A stretch of 32,702 nucleotides of DNA from a virus: UHGV virus genome UHGV-1394528. One strand, given 5' to 3'. A model generated the notes under the pieces. The model ran no database searches and was not told where the DNA came from. It saw nothing but the letters and a program-made list of their open reading frames with translations. How positions within the stretch are numbered: the stretch's first letter is position 1; every line of letters starts with the position of its first letter. Position numbers and translations under genes: made by a program. This document shows positions 9,445 to 18,238 of this stretch, piece after piece.

Positions 9445-9863
9445 TTAATAGTCTCCCGTGCTTTACGTCGTGCCCGGGCCTTGCGGGCCTTGAGCTTCTG
9501 TGCCTGCGCCAATTCTTCCGGCGTCTTGTGCGTATAGTATAGCATATCCGTAGGTTCGCGGTCTAAGTAATCGGCGACCCTACGTAGAGATTCAGCAATA
9601 GCCCCAGAAGATTGCATGCTACCAACAATCCAGCGCCCAGCGGCAGATGCCACTTTGCCTTCCCCTCCATTGCACGAGCGATGAAGAGCACCCCGAATAC
9701 GCCCAGTAATATGATCGTGGTCAACGACAACAGAATCACCAGTTACCCCCTTGATTGTGAAGTCCAAAGGTTTGCCACAAAGGGGGCAGATACCTCCCTG
9801 GTCTTTGGCAAGCTTAATTGCCACGGAGCGAATCTGTGCCCGTGTAATCTTCCGCAGACTCAT
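9441..9863 (-). CDS. endonuclease VII-like Holliday junction resolvase
   Basis: GICPLCGKPL...VVDHDHITGRIRGALHRSCNGGEGK matches the T4 endo VII zinc/HNH-like core. Start placed at Met8 of the track ORF (ATGA overlap with upstream small ORF); alternative start at 9884. Confidence 0.75.
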   Translation of the reverse strand: MSLRKITRAQIRSVAIKLAKDQGGICPLCGKPLDFTIKGVTGDSVVVDHDHITGRIRGALHRSCNGGEGKVASAAGRWIVGSMQSSGAIAESLRRVADYLDREPTDMLYYTHKTPEELAQAQKLKARKARARRKARETIK

Positions 9864-10039
9864 ACGTATATGAACCCCCACCATAAATGCGCGGAGCGTA
9901 TGTGAGCTACGGTCAGTGCCGGAGACATCACCTCTCCGGTGTTAGTGCACCTAACCTGAACCCCTTGCTGTGGGGCGGGTTCCAATATATACACGTCTTG
10001 TGTATCCTCAAAAGTATATTCTCTACCCATTTCTAACAT
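9860..10039 (-). CDS. hypothetical small protein, 59 aa (not in ORF track)
   Basis: Read by eye: MLEMGREYTFEDTQDVYILEPAPQQGVQVRCTNTGEVMSPALTVAHIRSAHLWWGFIYV; fills an otherwise ~150-bp gap; overlaps both neighbours at start and stop. Confidence 0.35.
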   Translation of the reverse strand: MLEMGREYTFEDTQDVYILEPAPQQGVQVRCTNTGEVMSPALTVAHIRSAHLWWGFIYV

Positions 10040-10233
10040 AGTTCAATCTCCCCCACTACATCCAGCATAGCATTGTCGTGAATGAGAGAATCCAAATGCT
10101 CAACCGTTCTTCGATGTGTTTTGGGTGCTCGTTCACGCAGCGCAACCAGAATAGTTTCAAGTTCATCATGTTTCCCCTCGTAGTATAACTCAATCGCCCG
10201 CAGGCTCATTTCCTTCGCAGACATCTTCGCCAT
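10033..10233 (-). CDS. hypothetical small protein
   Basis: Track ORF 10033..10302 trimmed to an internal Met because the 5' end overlaps the exonuclease gene; start uncertain. Confidence 0.4.
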   Translation of the reverse strand: MAKMSAKEMSLRAIELYYEGKHDELETILVALRERAPKTHRRTVEHLDSLIHDNAMLDVVGEIELC

Positions 10234-11158
10234 TGTCTGGGTGCTCCTGTATCCACTGTATATGCTGTTTATGGTACTCGTGCAGCGAATGCACCCAGTC
10301 ACGCAGACTGGGAGTAGTCAACAGTGACATCAGATACAGGTACGCTGAATCTGACGGGGAGCGCCGCAGGAACAGGCATTCTGCCTCTGCGAGTACATCT
10401 TGGTTGTTTCGAGCGTAAGCCGCTACAACGAATTCTGCGGCGTCCTGCTCTGAGGTAATAGGGTAGATAGCATCAAAGGCCGTTCGCTTCCCACAGAGCT
10501 TCCCATCAAGCAATGTGATGCCTTTGACGTTATCTGCGTCATCTCCTGCTAGCATCTGCCACCAGAAGAACTTAGTGCCATGCGCTCGTACCGGCATAGC
10601 CTGGGTATCATCCCACTTAATCCATCCGAAGGGGTTATCCAAGGCAGGCCATACGGTTCCGGTTGGGATATCGAACCGGGCCATAGGGCTGAGCCAGGAG
10701 TCCTTGTCCTGAGACATCAGGATTCCACGGTCCCCGAAGCTGTACGAATCCATTATGAACAGGTCATCCGCCTCGAAGTAGTCACTGCTTACTACCTGAA
10801 TACCCTGCTCAGAATACTGGTCTGGATTTTCAATCAGGTGCCGCTTCAATGGCGCCTTGAGCGGTAGCTCCTGTCGATTAGCGCGCTGCCCCTGATAGGG
10901 CTTAGCCGTAGGCAGGTGCCAGCGCAAACACTTGGCGCATCCCGTAGGCGTCAGATACGCAACTGCTTCTGAGCAGCCGACCAGGAACATGTCCTCAAGC
11001 ACCAGCTGATAGAAGCGGCGTATTGCGGTGTCCAAACGTTTCACTGTAGCGGCAGATTTATAAACTGTGAAATCCGCATCGTACAGCAGAATCTTCCCAG
11101 AGTTCTGCGGAGCTAACTGCTCCCCGAGCTGGGACAAGTCAACCCCGTTGATAATCAT
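10190..11158 (-). CDS. 5'-3' exonuclease (FEN / T7 gp6-like)
   Basis: 322 aa with acidic clusters typical of FEN-family nucleases (LLYDADF, FEADDLF, SQDKD, GDDADNVKGI). Confidence 0.75.
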   Translation of the reverse strand: MIINGVDLSQLGEQLAPQNSGKILLYDADFTVYKSAATVKRLDTAIRRFYQLVLEDMFLVGCSEAVAYLTPTGCAKCLRWHLPTAKPYQGQRANRQELPLKAPLKRHLIENPDQYSEQGIQVVSSDYFEADDLFIMDSYSFGDRGILMSQDKDSWLSPMARFDIPTGTVWPALDNPFGWIKWDDTQAMPVRAHGTKFFWWQMLAGDDADNVKGITLLDGKLCGKRTAFDAIYPITSEQDAAEFVVAAYARNNQDVLAEAECLFLRRSPSDSAYLYLMSLLTTPSLRDWVHSLHEYHKQHIQWIQEHPDNGEDVCEGNEPAGD

Positions 11159-11319
11159 CAGACCCCCGTAACCTTCTTGGTCAACTTACGCGCCCAGGAT
11201 TCCCAGGCGGTCAGCGCCTTGCTGTTCTCTACCTTCTCAAACACCCAGCACAAGATGGCTACCGGTACTAGAGGGGCCACTAGCATAAAATAAAATACTC
11301 TGGCAAGGGTATTTCGCAT
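11158..11319 (-). CDS. hypothetical small membrane protein, 53 aa (not in ORF track)
   Basis: Read by eye: MRNTLARVFYFMLVAPLVPVAILCWVFEKVENSKALTAWESWARKLTKKVTGV; hydrophobic core; stop overlaps exonuclease ATG (TGATG); SD GGAG upstream. Confidence 0.4.
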   Translation of the reverse strand: MRNTLARVFYFMLVAPLVPVAILCWVFEKVENSKALTAWESWARKLTKKVTGV

Positions 11320-11321
11320 TA

Positions 11322-11525
11322 TTAAATCTCCAGTCTAGCTACTGATTTAGTAGCTGATTTCACCTGCTTACGGGTAGGTTTAGCGGCCCAGCGCACCACG
11401 TACATGGTGCAAGGGTCGTCCTCCCGGATAAAGGTTACGTACCAGCGGTTGCAGGCATGCTCAGCATAAGGTGCCATAAAGCTGTGCCTAGGTGCGTGCA
11501 CCTCTACACGTACGCCCATGCTCAA
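11322..11525 (-). CDS. hypothetical protein, 67 aa
   Basis: Track ORF in a tightly packed same-strand series. Confidence 0.4.
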   Translation of the reverse strand: MSMGVRVEVHAPRHSFMAPYAEHACNRWYVTFIREDDPCTMYVVRWAAKPTRKQVKSATKSVARLEI

Positions 11526-11893
11526 GCCTCCAGCTCAGATAGCACCAGCACGGTGCCGAGCATGTCCCCGATTACTTCCGGAGTACGCAGGCTCTGGTCT
11601 ACGTCGTAGATGCAGGAACCAATCTCCGCCAGCCCGATGCTTAGCGTACCCACTACACGGATAAGCACGAGGTCGTCGCCACGTAGCTTATCGGCATGTG
11701 CCGCCAGGTCGTTGTGCTCTTTGAAGGCGGTAGCGGCCAACTCCAGGTCCATGCCGTACAGGGCCGCCAGCTTGTCCAGAGCATCGTACACAGCGCCGAG
11801 CTGGTCACCATTGTCGAAACCTTGAACGGCGCTACAGTTCACGTAACCTACAGCCAGAACCAGTTTCTTGTATGCGTCTAGTACTTTGTCCAT
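11522..11893 (-). CDS. hypothetical protein, 123 aa
   Basis: Track ORF, 4-nt overlap with neighbours. Confidence 0.5.
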   Translation of the reverse strand: MDKVLDAYKKLVLAVGYVNCSAVQGFDNGDQLGAVYDALDKLAALYGMDLELAATAFKEHNDLAAHADKLRGDDLVLIRVVGTLSIGLAEIGSCIYDVDQSLRTPEVIGDMLGTVLVLSELEA

Positions 11894-12171
11894 TAGTCAA
11901 ATCCTTTCAATTTGTGTTTTGAAATGAAATTGTGGGCTTTGGTCTCAGTGGCCGTAGCCTCTGCACCCAGGGCGTATGCACGGCGTCGGGACTTGGCGCA
12001 CTGGCGAGTCAAGTGATAGCGGTGTGCGCTAATCTCGGCACCCAGAAGGCTTGCCCTGTGTGCGTGAGAATTAGCTGCCCAGTGCCAGTCGTTTGCTCGC
12101 TTCTGCAAACGCTGTGCACGCAGAAGCAGAAACACAGCGTACTGTTCTTTGGCCCATGTGATTATGCGCAT
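11893..12171 (-). CDS. hypothetical protein, 92 aa
   Basis: Track ORF, basic, overlaps neighbours by 1 nt. Confidence 0.45.
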   Translation of the reverse strand: MRIITWAKEQYAVFLLLRAQRLQKRANDWHWAANSHAHRASLLGAEISAHRYHLTRQCAKSRRRAYALGAEATATETKAHNFISKHKLKGFD

Positions 12172-12426
12172 TTATACCCCCAGGAAGTTAGCTACTTCAT
12201 CACGCTTAGCGCGCAGGTTATCAGCAGGGCAAGCGCACGCCTCGGCTAACTCTTTGCTATGCTTGGATGCCTCTACGCGCGCCTCGGATTGAGCGGCCAG
12301 ACGCACTGCGTCGTCTGCGAATTTAACTGACAACTGCTCGTTAAACTGCGCTTTGGCATCGGCGCGTTTAGCTTCTGCTGTGTAGGCTGCGCTCAGGAGT
12401 TTGATGAGAATCTTGATGATGTTCAT
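12172..12426 (-). CDS. hypothetical protein, 84 aa
   Basis: Track ORF; SD GAGGAAG upstream; preceded by hairpin 12440-12456. Confidence 0.5.
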   Translation of the reverse strand: MNIIKILIKLLSAAYTAEAKRADAKAQFNEQLSVKFADDAVRLAAQSEARVEASKHSKELAEACACPADNLRAKRDEVANFLGV

Positions 12427-12479
12427 AGGCTTCCTCTAAGGCCCCTAGGAGGGGCCGTATTAGTTTAGGTTAGGGTTGA

Positions 12480-13268
12480 TTAGGCTTGATGTGCGGCGGG
12501 TGCTGCTGGCGCCACAGGGGCTGCAGGGGCCACTGGTGCAGCCGGGGCTGCGGGTGCCTGCATAGCCGCCGGACTAGGAACCGAGCCAGCGTTCAGCAGA
12601 ATATCCAGAGCACTGCCAGGGAAGTCTACAGCCTTGTACATATCCTCCTGAATCCAGTTCTTGCTCTTACCATCGTCGAAGGTGCCTTCGATGTGCAGGC
12701 TATCCCAGGTCTCTTTGGTTGGGTTGTTCCACAGGAACAGCTTAATCTCAGAGGCATCCAGGGCAGGCATCTTGATAGGCTCGCCAGTGTTCGGGTCGAA
12801 TTTCGGAATCGGGCGGATACCGGACAGGTCCGCGATGTTGGACTTCTTGCCCGCGGCGCTGGTGTGCTCATCAATCGGGAAGGTGAAGGCCTGGCCCAGA
12901 CGCTGTGCTGCATGCTTAATGCTATTGTCGTAGTTGAGCTTGTCGAAGAACTTCTTGAAGCCTGCGCGCTCAAAGTTACTGATAGCCATCGGGAACGGGC
13001 GGATACGCTTCACTTCGCCGTTAGGACCGAACACTACAATGCCGATGCGTACGTTAGCTACTGCGGGCTTACCGGTCGGCTTGCCACCCTTAGTCGGCAG
13101 GCGCTTACCGATTTCTACGTACTCGGTGAAGTAGCCGTAGTATTCACCCTTCGGCAGCAGCACGTCCTCATACGCACCGCCCTGTGCGGTTTCAGTCATA
13201 TCAACATCCTGCGTTTCAATAGCAGCCGCTACCAGGGAGTTCAGGGTGTCCAGTGCATTCATCGTCAT
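12480..13268 (-). CDS. hypothetical protein with Pro/Ala-rich C-terminal tail (possible DNA-binding/replication accessory protein by position only)
   Basis: 262 aa; C-terminus PSPAAMQAPAAPAAPVAPAAPVAPAAPAAHQA; no recognisable catalytic motif. Confidence 0.6.
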   Translation of the reverse strand: MTMNALDTLNSLVAAAIETQDVDMTETAQGGAYEDVLLPKGEYYGYFTEYVEIGKRLPTKGGKPTGKPAVANVRIGIVVFGPNGEVKRIRPFPMAISNFERAGFKKFFDKLNYDNSIKHAAQRLGQAFTFPIDEHTSAAGKKSNIADLSGIRPIPKFDPNTGEPIKMPALDASEIKLFLWNNPTKETWDSLHIEGTFDDGKSKNWIQEDMYKAVDFPGSALDILLNAGSVPSPAAMQAPAAPAAPVAPAAPVAPAAPAAHQA

Positions 13269-13319
13269 ATAATTACTTCCTCGTTTAGTTTGAATGATAT
13301 TTACGTGCAGATGCAGGGC

Positions 13320-13538
13320 TTAGCGGGAGGCAGCTTTGAGGGCCACCGCCAAGAACACTAGGATTACGCCGAGTGCCATAGGCCCCCAGAACGGGAGCAG
13401 CACCCACAACCAGGACCAGGCGATAACGCCAGTCAGTTTCAAGGTTACAAAGATAAGGCCCAGTACAGAACAGATTCCCATTTTCATCATCACCTCTGTG
13501 TTATTTAGTACGACCAACCCAACGACCATCGTCGTCAA
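13320..13538 (-). CDS. hypothetical small membrane protein, 72 aa
   Basis: Two hydrophobic segments (GICSVLGLIFVTLKLTGVIAW, MALGVILVFLAVALKAA); start may be an internal Met because the 5' end overlaps the phosphoesterase gene. Confidence 0.4.
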   Translation of the reverse strand: MTTMVVGLVVLNNTEVMMKMGICSVLGLIFVTLKLTGVIAWSWLWVLLPFWGPMALGVILVFLAVALKAASR

Positions 13539-14481
13539 GCAGCATCGGAATTAACTGCGGGCAACCCTCGGTGATTACCATCACACCCAGGATTGGTTTC
13601 TTGCGGGTGAGTCTGCCGTAAGCAAAGGCCATGCTCTTACGGTCAATCAGACACCCAGCATACGCACCAAAGTACAAAGCTGTTGAGCTAGCTGCATATT
13701 GCACCTCAAAGCGACCATGTTCGTGACCAAGGACAAGGCTGGTTCTTTCGTGGCTAGCGTTGAGCATGAAGTCACCCGACACTTGATGCTGGAATCTAAC
13801 CGGGCCAAGTGGGGTATTGAGTACCCACGCGTCAGCCCAAGACCACGCCGGGGCACCATGTTCAGGGAAAAGTATATCTCGGTACTTCTTGATGAATTGC
13901 ACTGGTAGCCCGTGAGCTTTCGCCCTGCGGTAAACCAGACTGCCGTGATTGGAATCGCAAACCAATAGGTTCGGGAACAGTTCATGTAGCTCCTCCAGTA
14001 CGAGCTTAGCTTTCTCCAGCTCCACCCCGGCGCTATCCAGGTTCGGGTTACTTTCGTGGAATGATATAGCGTGGCCGTCCGTCTCGTCGCCTACCTGTAC
14101 AACCATGTCCGGACAGTAGGCGTCTCGCACAGATTCTAAGAAGGCCATAGCATCTACGTGCGTATAGGGGGCATGCAAATCCCCAACTACGAGAATACGG
14201 TGGCACACTTCCGGCACGAAGGTTTTGCCGATGTCATCAGTGGGACTGGGCTGTATGAGCTTTAGTGCCTCCTTCATGTGGGATATTGCCTTACCCTTGC
14301 TCCCAGCGTGGTCTAGGAATATGCTGCGCCAGTACTTCACCATCTGTCGATACACCACTGGCTCGTCCAGTCCCGCCAGCTTATTATAGGCGGCAGCAGC
14401 ATCCACGTTAGAGCTGTGCTTGCTCAAGATATCTATGTGTTGCTCTTTGGTGAATAGCTTTATTGTGTTTAACTTAGGCAT
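13501..14481 (-). CDS. calcineurin-like metallophosphoesterase
   Basis: Motifs in canonical order: GDLHAPY (DxH), VGDETDGH (GDxxD), CDSNHG (GNH-like), LGHEH. Confidence 0.7.
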   Translation of the reverse strand: MPKLNTIKLFTKEQHIDILSKHSSNVDAAAAYNKLAGLDEPVVYRQMVKYWRSIFLDHAGSKGKAISHMKEALKLIQPSPTDDIGKTFVPEVCHRILVVGDLHAPYTHVDAMAFLESVRDAYCPDMVVQVGDETDGHAISFHESNPNLDSAGVELEKAKLVLEELHELFPNLLVCDSNHGSLVYRRAKAHGLPVQFIKKYRDILFPEHGAPAWSWADAWVLNTPLGPVRFQHQVSGDFMLNASHERTSLVLGHEHGRFEVQYAASSTALYFGAYAGCLIDRKSMAFAYGRLTRKKPILGVMVITEGCPQLIPMLLDDDGRWVGRTK

Positions 14482-14908
14482 TCCAGCTCCTGTTACTTAT
14501 TACGTCACTAATTACATGTACACCTACACCGTACTTATTAGCAAAGTGTTGCCGCATACCTTTCTTGTATGGGATATAGTTATCCCTGATATCCTGCACA
14601 GCATCCCAAGTTAACTGCGCTTTTGGGTTCCTATCCCCACGCACATCTGGGTTCCTTCCGCGCTCTGCACGGTCCCGCATATTATCCATATGCGTTCCCA
14701 ATACTAAGTGCTTAGGGTTAATGCACCTGGGGTTATCGCAGGTATGTCTAACAGACAGGCCAGCCAGCGCCCTTATATCCAGCCCGTTATGCTCAGCATA
14801 CACCACCCGATGCAGCAGCTCCAATCGCCTGGTCGGCTTATACCATGCCCGGCGGTATCCGTTCTTGTTAAGGCATTTGTTATACCCGTGGTCAATACAC
14901 ATCGACAT
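14474..14908 (-). CDS. HNH homing endonuclease
   Basis: VRHTCDNPRCINPKHLVLGTHMDNMRDRAERGR motif; paralog of the HNH at 19520-19957; SD AAGAGGG upstream. Confidence 0.8.
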   Translation of the reverse strand: MSMCIDHGYNKCLNKNGYRRAWYKPTRRLELLHRVVYAEHNGLDIRALAGLSVRHTCDNPRCINPKHLVLGTHMDNMRDRAERGRNPDVRGDRNPKAQLTWDAVQDIRDNYIPYKKGMRQHFANKYGVGVHVISDVISNRSWNA

Positions 14909-15069
14909 TCGGTACCCTCTTGTGTTGTTCCTACTCGTATCACATTAATTCTCTGTGAATCACAGAATCAAGCTAGAGTCAACAAATAATTTTATTTAAT
15001 TATTTAGTTGACCCCAGTGTATTTCCATGCTACCCTAACCCCCTACACCACCCAAGGGTCCACCTATCA

Positions 15070-15291
15070 CTATTCCACGATAAGCTTGTACTCCCCCGGG
15101 AAGAAGGTAACACCATCCCCCGGTCTACTTACTACTAGTCCAGGATAACTTAGTTCTATCTCCCCAGTAACCGGGTCGAAGAACATAACCGTGTGCCTCG
15201 TACCCGGGGTGAAGTATGCTGCATACCGCGGGTCTATCGGCTCAGGCCCCAGGTCCATCAACTCCACAACACTGCCAGACTTTATACTCAT
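15070..15291 (-). CDS. hypothetical protein, 73 aa
   Basis: Track ORF, 4-nt overlap with DNA polymerase stop. Confidence 0.45.
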   Translation of the reverse strand: MSIKSGSVVELMDLGPEPIDPRYAAYFTPGTRHTVMFFDPVTGEIELSYPGLVVSRPGDGVTFFPGEYKLIVE

Positions 15292-17678
15292 TCTACCTTC
15301 TCCTTACTGTACATACTCGTACCCATCTCAGCCTCTGCTGGGAACGGGACCTCACCAATGATGCCGTAGTTAGGCCAGAGCTGGTGAATACGCTTAGGTG
15401 CATCCTCCATGCACTGCTTAACCAGCAGGCTCGCCTCACGTCCAACCTCCGGGTTGGCGCTGTCCAGATACAACGCATCGTGCACGTTCGTAATCAGGCA
15501 CACCTGATTGTCGAACCAGTCACGGGCCAGGAGTGCACGCAGAACCATACCGGCGGCTACCGCCATCAGGAAGAATGCTTCCCCCTGGCACCAGTAGTTA
15601 GCCATCTCTGTTTCCTTGTAGTCCATTACCTTCTGCTTACGCTGCCCAGGCACAACCTCTTTCCACTGCTCCTTCTGGCGGAAGCTATAGCGGGCACCTG
15701 CTGGGCTAGTCCACGTCCCGATGCGGTAGACTCGGTAGCTGCCATCGTCAGCCTGCTCGCGGTACATGCGCCCGGCTGCCCCGGTGCGCTCTACTTCTTC
15801 CTTGATAACAGCGCGGAAGCCAATTGTTTGCGGGAACAGCGCAGCCTCGTTGTCCAAGAAAGCCTGTGCGAATTCCACCGTACATCCAGTAGCAAACGCA
15901 ATCCCCTTAGCCGTAGCGCCATACTGGGCTGCGAAGCTAGGAGCCTTAATACCTGTACGCATTGCCTTCCAAAGCGGATGCAGCTCGTGCTTCTTGTTGT
16001 GGCAGCGCTCATACACTTCTTCATACGGCAGTTCCTCGCGGAAAGCTAGGCGGTAACAGTGCATATCCGTGCCGCCCTGCAGCAGCCCCAGTAGTTTGGT
16101 GTCCCCCGTATGCACGCAGGACATAACCACTTCCAGCGCCGAGTAGTCAACCTCAGTGATGCGTCCGTTATCCCCGAATCGGCTGGTGAATACCTGCTTC
16201 ACCTTGGATTTAGCTACCCCATCCCCGTCTTCATCCGGTCGGGGTAGGTTCTGCAGGTTCGGGTTAGAGCTACTCAGGCGCCCGGTTACGGTGGCGCATG
16301 TATTCAGTCGGTGGTGTATGATGCCAGAACCATCAGGACGCTCAGGGATTACGTACTGTAACATACCCTTCCGCTCTTTGACTTTACCCTCTGCGTCCAG
16401 AACTTCACGCAAGTAGTAAGTTCCAGTGTCCTTCTCCAGCGCCGCCAGCTCGTTCACCAACTTACAGAACTCGAAACCTTGGCGGGCTAGTGCCTCCATT
16501 GCGTCTGTGCTGGTGCTGTACACAGGGGTATCATCCTGCAGGTTCCGCGCCTGCCGGAACTCGCCGCGCTCTGCATACTTCTCCCGGATAACTTCCGGCA
16601 GCTCCTGGATGTTCACCAGGCCCGGGCAGAAGTAAAGGTCGTCTTCCCATTTAAGTTTCTCCTCCTCGGTATCAAGGCGGAATACTTTGGGCAGCCCCTT
16701 GTTCTTGCCGGACTTGTACAACGTCCGTGGGTACGTCCACTCTGACTGCCAGTCAGACACATCAATATACTGCAACGTTCCATTGACGTCTGCTAAGTAA
16801 GCGTCGTACTTGACGTACTGCGGAGGGTCATAGGGAACCTTCTTGCGGTACTTGATAGGTCCACCGTATACCAGCGCAGACATATGAAAGTCCGAACCGA
16901 AGTTAAAGTCCAGCGTCTCCGGCAAGTCCTTCGGGATGTACTGCTGCAGCTCCTGCTTAATCTCGCGGATGCGCTGCTCCTGCTCCTCCTGGTTCTTGCG
17001 AGCAATTGGCATGTTCACGAACAGGCCGAACCACTCGCAATACGCCCAGGCTAGCAGAGCATCCATGCGCTCCCACACGTACTGCATCTGATTGCGCTGG
17101 GCGAACGTAGCGCACTGGCCGTAGAAGCACAGGGCCGTGTTCGGGATGTCCCCGTTAACCAGGTAGTCATGCAGCAGCATCGGGTCAATCTGGGAGGTTA
17201 GCACACCCTGCTCCCAGAGAATCTTAACCCCGTCTACTTTGTGCGTACCGCCGTACTTAGGAGCCGTCTCGTCCAGCGACGGATACATGCTCTGAAAGTC
17301 CGAGGCGATGTATTCTCCGTGCATTGTGCAGAACACCCTGCCGCCGCGCTTGAGGAAGGCCTCAAACTGCTGCCGCTGGTACGTGAGAAACCAAGAAATC
17401 TCATAGGCTGCGTTGTGCGCAACAATAAGCCAGCAATCCTCGGGGATATGAAACCACCGGCAGCCTTCTGCTGCACTGTTTCCCTCCAAGAAATCAGCTC
17501 TTGAATTGAAGCGCACCGATTGAGTCGCGCCAACAGTGGTAGTACCGTCAGCCTGTGTCGTGTCGATACGCCATGCTGACTCAACAACATAGTTGTCAGG
17601 GCAGTATGGGCTTGCTTTAGAGCCGTAATATTCATTGTTCTCTGTCTCCAGGTCAATGTGCATTATGCTGGTTGTCAT
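15288..17678 (-). CDS. DNA polymerase, family A (T7 gp5-like) with 3'-5' exonuclease domain
   Basis: N-terminal MHIDLETEN (Exo I), EVDYSALEVV (motif A), TGRLSSSNPNLQNLPR, KAPSFAAQYG (motif B), NVHDALYLD (motif C). Start set at Met8 of track ORF (ATG 17676-17678 overlaps upstream stop as ATGA). Confidence 0.9.
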   Translation of the reverse strand: MTTSIMHIDLETENNEYYGSKASPYCPDNYVVESAWRIDTTQADGTTTVGATQSVRFNSRADFLEGNSAAEGCRWFHIPEDCWLIVAHNAAYEISWFLTYQRQQFEAFLKRGGRVFCTMHGEYIASDFQSMYPSLDETAPKYGGTHKVDGVKILWEQGVLTSQIDPMLLHDYLVNGDIPNTALCFYGQCATFAQRNQMQYVWERMDALLAWAYCEWFGLFVNMPIARKNQEEQEQRIREIKQELQQYIPKDLPETLDFNFGSDFHMSALVYGGPIKYRKKVPYDPPQYVKYDAYLADVNGTLQYIDVSDWQSEWTYPRTLYKSGKNKGLPKVFRLDTEEEKLKWEDDLYFCPGLVNIQELPEVIREKYAERGEFRQARNLQDDTPVYSTSTDAMEALARQGFEFCKLVNELAALEKDTGTYYLREVLDAEGKVKERKGMLQYVIPERPDGSGIIHHRLNTCATVTGRLSSSNPNLQNLPRPDEDGDGVAKSKVKQVFTSRFGDNGRITEVDYSALEVVMSCVHTGDTKLLGLLQGGTDMHCYRLAFREELPYEEVYERCHNKKHELHPLWKAMRTGIKAPSFAAQYGATAKGIAFATGCTVEFAQAFLDNEAALFPQTIGFRAVIKEEVERTGAAGRMYREQADDGSYRVYRIGTWTSPAGARYSFRQKEQWKEVVPGQRKQKVMDYKETEMANYWCQGEAFFLMAVAAGMVLRALLARDWFDNQVCLITNVHDALYLDSANPEVGREASLLVKQCMEDAPKRIHQLWPNYGIIGEVPFPAEAEMGTSMYSKEKVE

Positions 17679-17863
17679 TGTACTACGACCCCCCCCCATA
17701 CTCGGAAATTACTTGTTACATGCGGGTCGTCAGTGCCCTCGGCTATTACGGCTTGACCATGTGCCACTGCATCTTCCCTTTTATACCATAGAGTTATATG
17801 CTCACCAAAGTAGTCATACCCATCTGTTTCCCAAGTCTCACAAACCCACACTTTCATTTCCAT
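17675..17863 (-). CDS. hypothetical protein, 62 aa, translationally coupled to DNA polymerase
   Basis: Track ORF; 3' end reads through the G9 homopolymer (encodes WGG); stop overlaps the polymerase ATG. Confidence 0.45.
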   Translation of the reverse strand: MEMKVWVCETWETDGYDYFGEHITLWYKREDAVAHGQAVIAEGTDDPHVTSNFRVWGGVVVQ

Positions 17864-18093
17864 TTAGCCCTCCGAGCCTTGTTGATAGCCAGATGCACAA
17901 TCAGCTGGCTGCTGTCCAGTGCGAATCGTTTACGGAAAGTACCTGCAGATGCAGCGTACGCCTTGATTACCTCGTCGTCTTGGTAGTTGATGTCTGACGG
18001 TTTAAGCATACTAGTAAATCTCCCAGCAGTGATATAGGCCCTACAATATCCCACTCTCTCTGATTGTAGCGTGCCCCGAGTTCCACGGTACAA
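17854..18093 (-). CDS. hypothetical protein (start uncertain)
   Basis: Track ORF; overlaps 17967..18188 in another frame, so at most one start choice is right. Confidence 0.3.
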   Translation of the reverse strand: MYRGTRGTLQSERVGYCRAYITAGRFTSMLKPSDINYQDDEVIKAYAASAGTFRKRFALDSSQLIVHLAINKARRAKWK

Positions 18094-18188
18094 AATTCCC
18101 CGGTAACGCGGTGTCGCACCACGTAACTACCGCGTATAAGTCCTGTGTAATCCACTTTTTGGATAACCCCTGTATAGTCTACTTGCAT
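17967..18188 (-). CDS. hypothetical protein, about 73 aa
   Basis: Track ORF 17967..18242 trimmed to Met19 (ATG 18186-18188) with strong SD AGGAGGG; palindromic motif C lies just upstream. Confidence 0.4.
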   Translation of the reverse strand: MQVDYTGVIQKVDYTGLIRGSYVVRHRVTGEFCTVELGARYNQREWDIVGPISLLGDLLVCLNRQTSTTKTTR

Positions 18189-18238
18189 AAACCCTCCTGT
18201 GTACCTACATAGCGCCCTCGTAGAAGGCGCTAGGGAAG

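Noticed and set aside
12486-13361. 291-aa plus-strand ORF
   Set aside because: Antisense shadow of the 262-aa minus-strand gene; Cys/Arg/Gly-rich with no RBS context.
15216-16049. 277-aa plus-strand ORF and other plus-strand ORFs inside the DNA polymerase gene
   Set aside because: Lie wholly within the minus-strand DNA polymerase gene, which has clear family A motifs.
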